Part shown: positions 61,273 through 64,000 of the stretch, in pieces
How positions within the stretch are numbered: position 1 is the first letter of the stretch
Layout: every line of letters starts with the position of its first letter
Made by a program: the position numbers and the translations under genes
Notes under the pieces: generated by a model
What the model was told of the DNA's origin: nothing
The model's input: only the letters and a program-made list of their open reading frames with translations
Database searches by the model: none
IMG/VR virus record: IMGVR_UViG_3300045988_129435
DNA length: 64,000 bases
Strand: one strand, 5' to 3'
Origin: a virus

Positions 61273-61300
61273 GAGGGATGCATTTGCATCCCTTTATTTA
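61273..61300 (+). terminator. Terminator of the repressor operon
   Basis: Stem GGGATGC (61275-61281) / GCATCCC (61286-61292) followed by TTT. Confidence 0.65.
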
Positions 61301-61326
61301 TGTCAACGACCCAATATCCCTATATT

Positions 61327-62052
61327 TTAGATAGGAAGAACATTCGGATATTTCCGATAATACAATTTAGTCAATGTGGATTTAAGGCTGTTATAGTCTT
61401 TGATAAAGCCTAGATCTATCCATTGGGCTATCTGTAATTCCAACTCATACAATTCACGAATTTTAGCTTCATCGCCAATTTTATTACGCATTTCTGATTC
61501 ATGCTTACCGTAGACTATGATGTTTAGAGACTTGGCCAAGTCCTTGACTTTTTGTTTGAATAGGTCATCTGGCAAAATAGAACTGACCGCTTTACACATG
61601 GATGGGTATGCATCACCAGCAAGATTGCGGAATTTTATCATTTCATCATATACAAATTTGAGAACATCATATTTAAATGAGGGATTTATCCACATCGCAA
61701 AATCAATAAAAAGCAGTGGATGCATCCATGTGCCCGCGTTATCACCCTTATTTGCCCTTGATTTATGATAGGGGTAATTACCCGTATCATAATTTTCCCT
61801 TTCCATTATAGTGAAAATGAACTCTTTAGTAGAAGATAAATCGAAGTAGTCATTAACTTCTTTCTTCATTCCTTTTAATTGATTCCACTGTTTTAATAAA
61901 TCTGTAGCATTGAAAAATGCATCTTTCGTTCTCTGAATTACCTTAAATTCACCCATTGGGCGAATCATAATCTGATTAGTCTTCATAATAATGTCTTTTC
62001 GTTCGAGGACGTACCGCACTTCTTCATGCGGAGATAAAAAGGCGAAAGCCAT
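61327..62052 (-). CDS. KilA-N domain protein
   Basis: NATDLLKQW...GDNAGTWMHPLLFIDFAMWINPSFKYDVLKFV fits KilA-N. The true start is probably M23 (61986). Confidence 0.68.
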   Translation of the reverse strand: MAFAFLSPHEEVRYVLERKDIIMKTNQIMIRPMGEFKVIQRTKDAFFNATDLLKQWNQLKGMKKEVNDYFDLSSTKEFIFTIMERENYDTGNYPYHKSRANKGDNAGTWMHPLLFIDFAMWINPSFKYDVLKFVYDEMIKFRNLAGDAYPSMCKAVSSILPDDLFKQKVKDLAKSLNIIVYGKHESEMRNKIGDEAKIRELYELELQIAQWIDLGFIKDYNSLKSTLTKLYYRKYPNVLPI

Positions 62053-62264
62053 GCAGGGGGTTGTGACCTACACAGCTTTCTATATCTTAATCCTCTGATT
62101 AATTCTAATTTTAATAAGTACAACCCAACGCATTGCAAATATAATAATAATTTTTAAAAGTGATTATATAACTAACAATCAACATATTCTTTTAACTATT
62201 TTGTGATTCGATTCTCAAATGAAATTGATAACTTTGCATTGTGATACATATATAGCAGTACAAC

Positions 62265-62510
62265 ATGGGTAACTGGAGCGAAAGACAAGAAGAAAAACGA
62301 GAAGGAAAAGAGAAAGAGAAGACAAGCCGAGAAACGCTCGGAAAGTATTTCTATGACTTATCAAAACTTTCTTTTACTGCTTTATTCCTAGGTGGTGGAG
62401 TATCTTTAGTATTGGATTTCCAAAACATTAATTATTGGGTACTTGTTTCTTTTGGTGCTTTTACTTCTTTTATCTTTGCATATATTGGATATAAAATACT
62501 TAAAAAATAA
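62265..62510 (+). CDS. Small two-TM membrane protein
   Basis: 81 aa with a charged N-terminus then two hydrophobic segments. A -7 box TAacTTTG lies at 62229-62236. Confidence 0.55.
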   Translation: MGNWSERQEEKREGKEKEKTSRETLGKYFYDLSKLSFTALFLGGGVSLVLDFQNINYWVLVSFGAFTSFIFAYIGYKILKK

Positions 62511-62516
62511 ATAGTT

Positions 62517-62621
62517 ATGAATGGATTAACAATAATATTTATATTTACTAGCGTTGTTGGCGCAGGGATAGCTATTTGGCTTAACACCAAATCCGGAAAA
62601 AGATGGCTCAATAGCCTATGA
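62517..62621 (+). CDS. 34-aa single-TM peptide (not in the ORF track)
   Basis: Hand translation gives MNGLTIIFIFTSVVGAGIAIWLNTKSGKRWLNSL. It starts 7 nt after the previous stop and is followed by a terminator. Confidence 0.4.
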   Translation: MNGLTIIFIFTSVVGAGIAIWLNTKSGKRWLNSL

Positions 62622-62651
62622 TAATTAATAGTATTAAACTTGTAATAGATA

Positions 62652-62681
62652 AAAGCGTCATGTAGAGTGACGCTTTTTTAT
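62652..62681 (+). terminator. Rho-independent terminator
   Basis: Stem AGCGTCA (62654-62660) / TGACGCT (62668-62674) followed by TTTTTT. Confidence 0.8.
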
Positions 62682-62817
62682 TGCAGTTATACAATATAAG
62701 GCAGATTAAAAGCTGAAAACAAAATGTCAAAGAACGATTTGCCGATAATAGGAGTTGAGCCAATCGACACAGGCTTATTATTAGTTTAATATTCGTACAT
62801 GGTTTTGTGGATGATAA

Positions 62818-63600
62818 TCATATAATATATTTCTTATGATCTATCAGAGCATTTGCAACAGAGCGTGATGCCCTTCTGCTAGCAACTTCACACTTACCAT
62901 TACCTCGTATATCTTTTTTGTCTATTTCATCGGAAGCGAGCGCTTCAGCAAGTCCAACAGCGGCAAGTTCTACACGAGACATATTATCACGAACGCTTTG
63001 ACCTTTGATTAAACCTTTCTTTTCACGAACGACCGATGCCGTACCACCGTACAAGGGCTCGTATATTGCGTTTGTGCAATTTCTGTAACCTTCTCCTGTC
63101 ACTCCATGAGCGGCAAGCGTCTTGGTAAATTCGTTACGTGAATCTATTGATTTTAGTCTTTCAGAAATCCATTTGTTGTCTTTGCCTCTTTTCTTATAAG
63201 CTTTAATATATCGTTGACCTATCAAATCGGGGTTCTTTTCTTCTTCTATTCTTTGAAAGAAAACCTCATTGACTAATACATGAAGCGCAGGGTCAAGATA
63301 TTTTGCATAAGCAAGAGCTATTTGTCTATGGGCATACGAACCACCTAATTTACCGCGCTTTGTTTTTATAATACGGTTTGAAACCGTATTTAAAATCCCG
63401 GATACCGTATTAACTAATTCAGATGCAATATCTTGTCTAAGCCAATCGTTGGGATTTTTGCTTTTTGGTGAGCCTGCAATTTTCCACAAATCAGTAAGTG
63501 ACAACAGATCACCGTCCTTGCCAATCGTATCTAATACGTTAGCATCGTACTTTTTAATTTCTGCTTTCTTTCTCATGATATGATTATTTTTCAAAATCAA
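62818..63600 (-). CDS. KilA-N domain protein
   Basis: 260 aa. LSLTDLWKIAG...GGSYAHRQIALAYAKYLDPALHVLVNEVF fits KilA-N. Confidence 0.65.
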   Translation of the reverse strand: MILKNNHIMRKKAEIKKYDANVLDTIGKDGDLLSLTDLWKIAGSPKSKNPNDWLRQDIASELVNTVSGILNTVSNRIIKTKRGKLGGSYAHRQIALAYAKYLDPALHVLVNEVFFQRIEEEKNPDLIGQRYIKAYKKRGKDNKWISERLKSIDSRNEFTKTLAAHGVTGEGYRNCTNAIYEPLYGGTASVVREKKGLIKGQSVRDNMSRVELAAVGLAEALASDEIDKKDIRGNGKCEVASRRASRSVANALIDHKKYII

Positions 63601-63722
63601 TTTGCGCAGACAATATTTCTAACAAAGCCTGCAATTGTCCAACGATGTAAGGTTTTATATCTTCACTACAATTACTCGTAAATGCAACAAGCTTTTCTGA
63701 TAGCTTATGCCATTCTTGCAAC

Positions 63723-63983
63723 TCATTCGGTTTCATCATTATCAGAAGACTTATGAAACCCAGAAAAGGAACGAGGAACGATATTCGATTCTATTCTTTC
63801 ATCCAATATTTCTTTTTTCAACAATAGCATTATGCCATCATAACTTGACGATAGTTCTGATACAACTTCCCAACCTTGGCTACCTAAAACATTGAGTTTA
63901 TCAGTAGTGTATTCTTGATAATTATGCCTATAACCATCGTCCATAGGACGAAGTAGAAATGTTCTATATTCGTATTTCTTCAT
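63723..63983 (-). CDS. Hypothetical small protein
   Basis: 86-aa ORF. Confidence 0.45.
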   Translation of the reverse strand: MKKYEYRTFLLRPMDDGYRHNYQEYTTDKLNVLGSQGWEVVSELSSSYDGIMLLLKKEILDERIESNIVPRSFSGFHKSSDNDETE

Positions 63984-64000
63984 TTTTCTATTTATTAGTT

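Overview
The window looks like most of a temperate, long-tailed (siphovirus-like) phage or prophage of a Bacteroidales host. The host call rests on many intergenic TAnnTTTG -7 boxes in the right position and orientation. Almost all genes are on the minus strand. From high to low coordinates the order is: a lysogeny switch (3 phased operators, XRE-type repressor on +, two KilA-N genes); a replication and DNA-modification early region (C5-cytosine methyltransferase, PAPS-reductase-like, YopX, ASCH, DUF488-like); a 500-nt ORF-free block of tRNA-like elements; packaging genes (ParB-like, TerS, TerL); a long structured non-coding region with a 12-bp-phased repeat array; head genes (portal, MuF-like protein fused to an ADP-ribosyltransferase domain, scaffold, capsid); tail genes (major tail, tape measure, large fibre genes, embedded lysis cassette); an accessory cargo region; and a tyrosine integrase next to the 3' part of a tRNA-Thr-like sequence flanked by repeated 11-mers (attP-like). 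The points most worth follow-up are two LAGLIDADG inteins (one at the HPN|CRC motif of the MuF protein, one at the catalytic PCQ cysteine of the methyltransferase), the aberrant tRNA-like array, a proteasome-beta/HslV-like gene split by a single in-frame TAA, a nuclease-containing plus-strand moron inside the tail module, a roughly 400-nt GC-enriched leader RNA, and a recurring promoter module. All function calls come from motifs read by eye; no database search was run.
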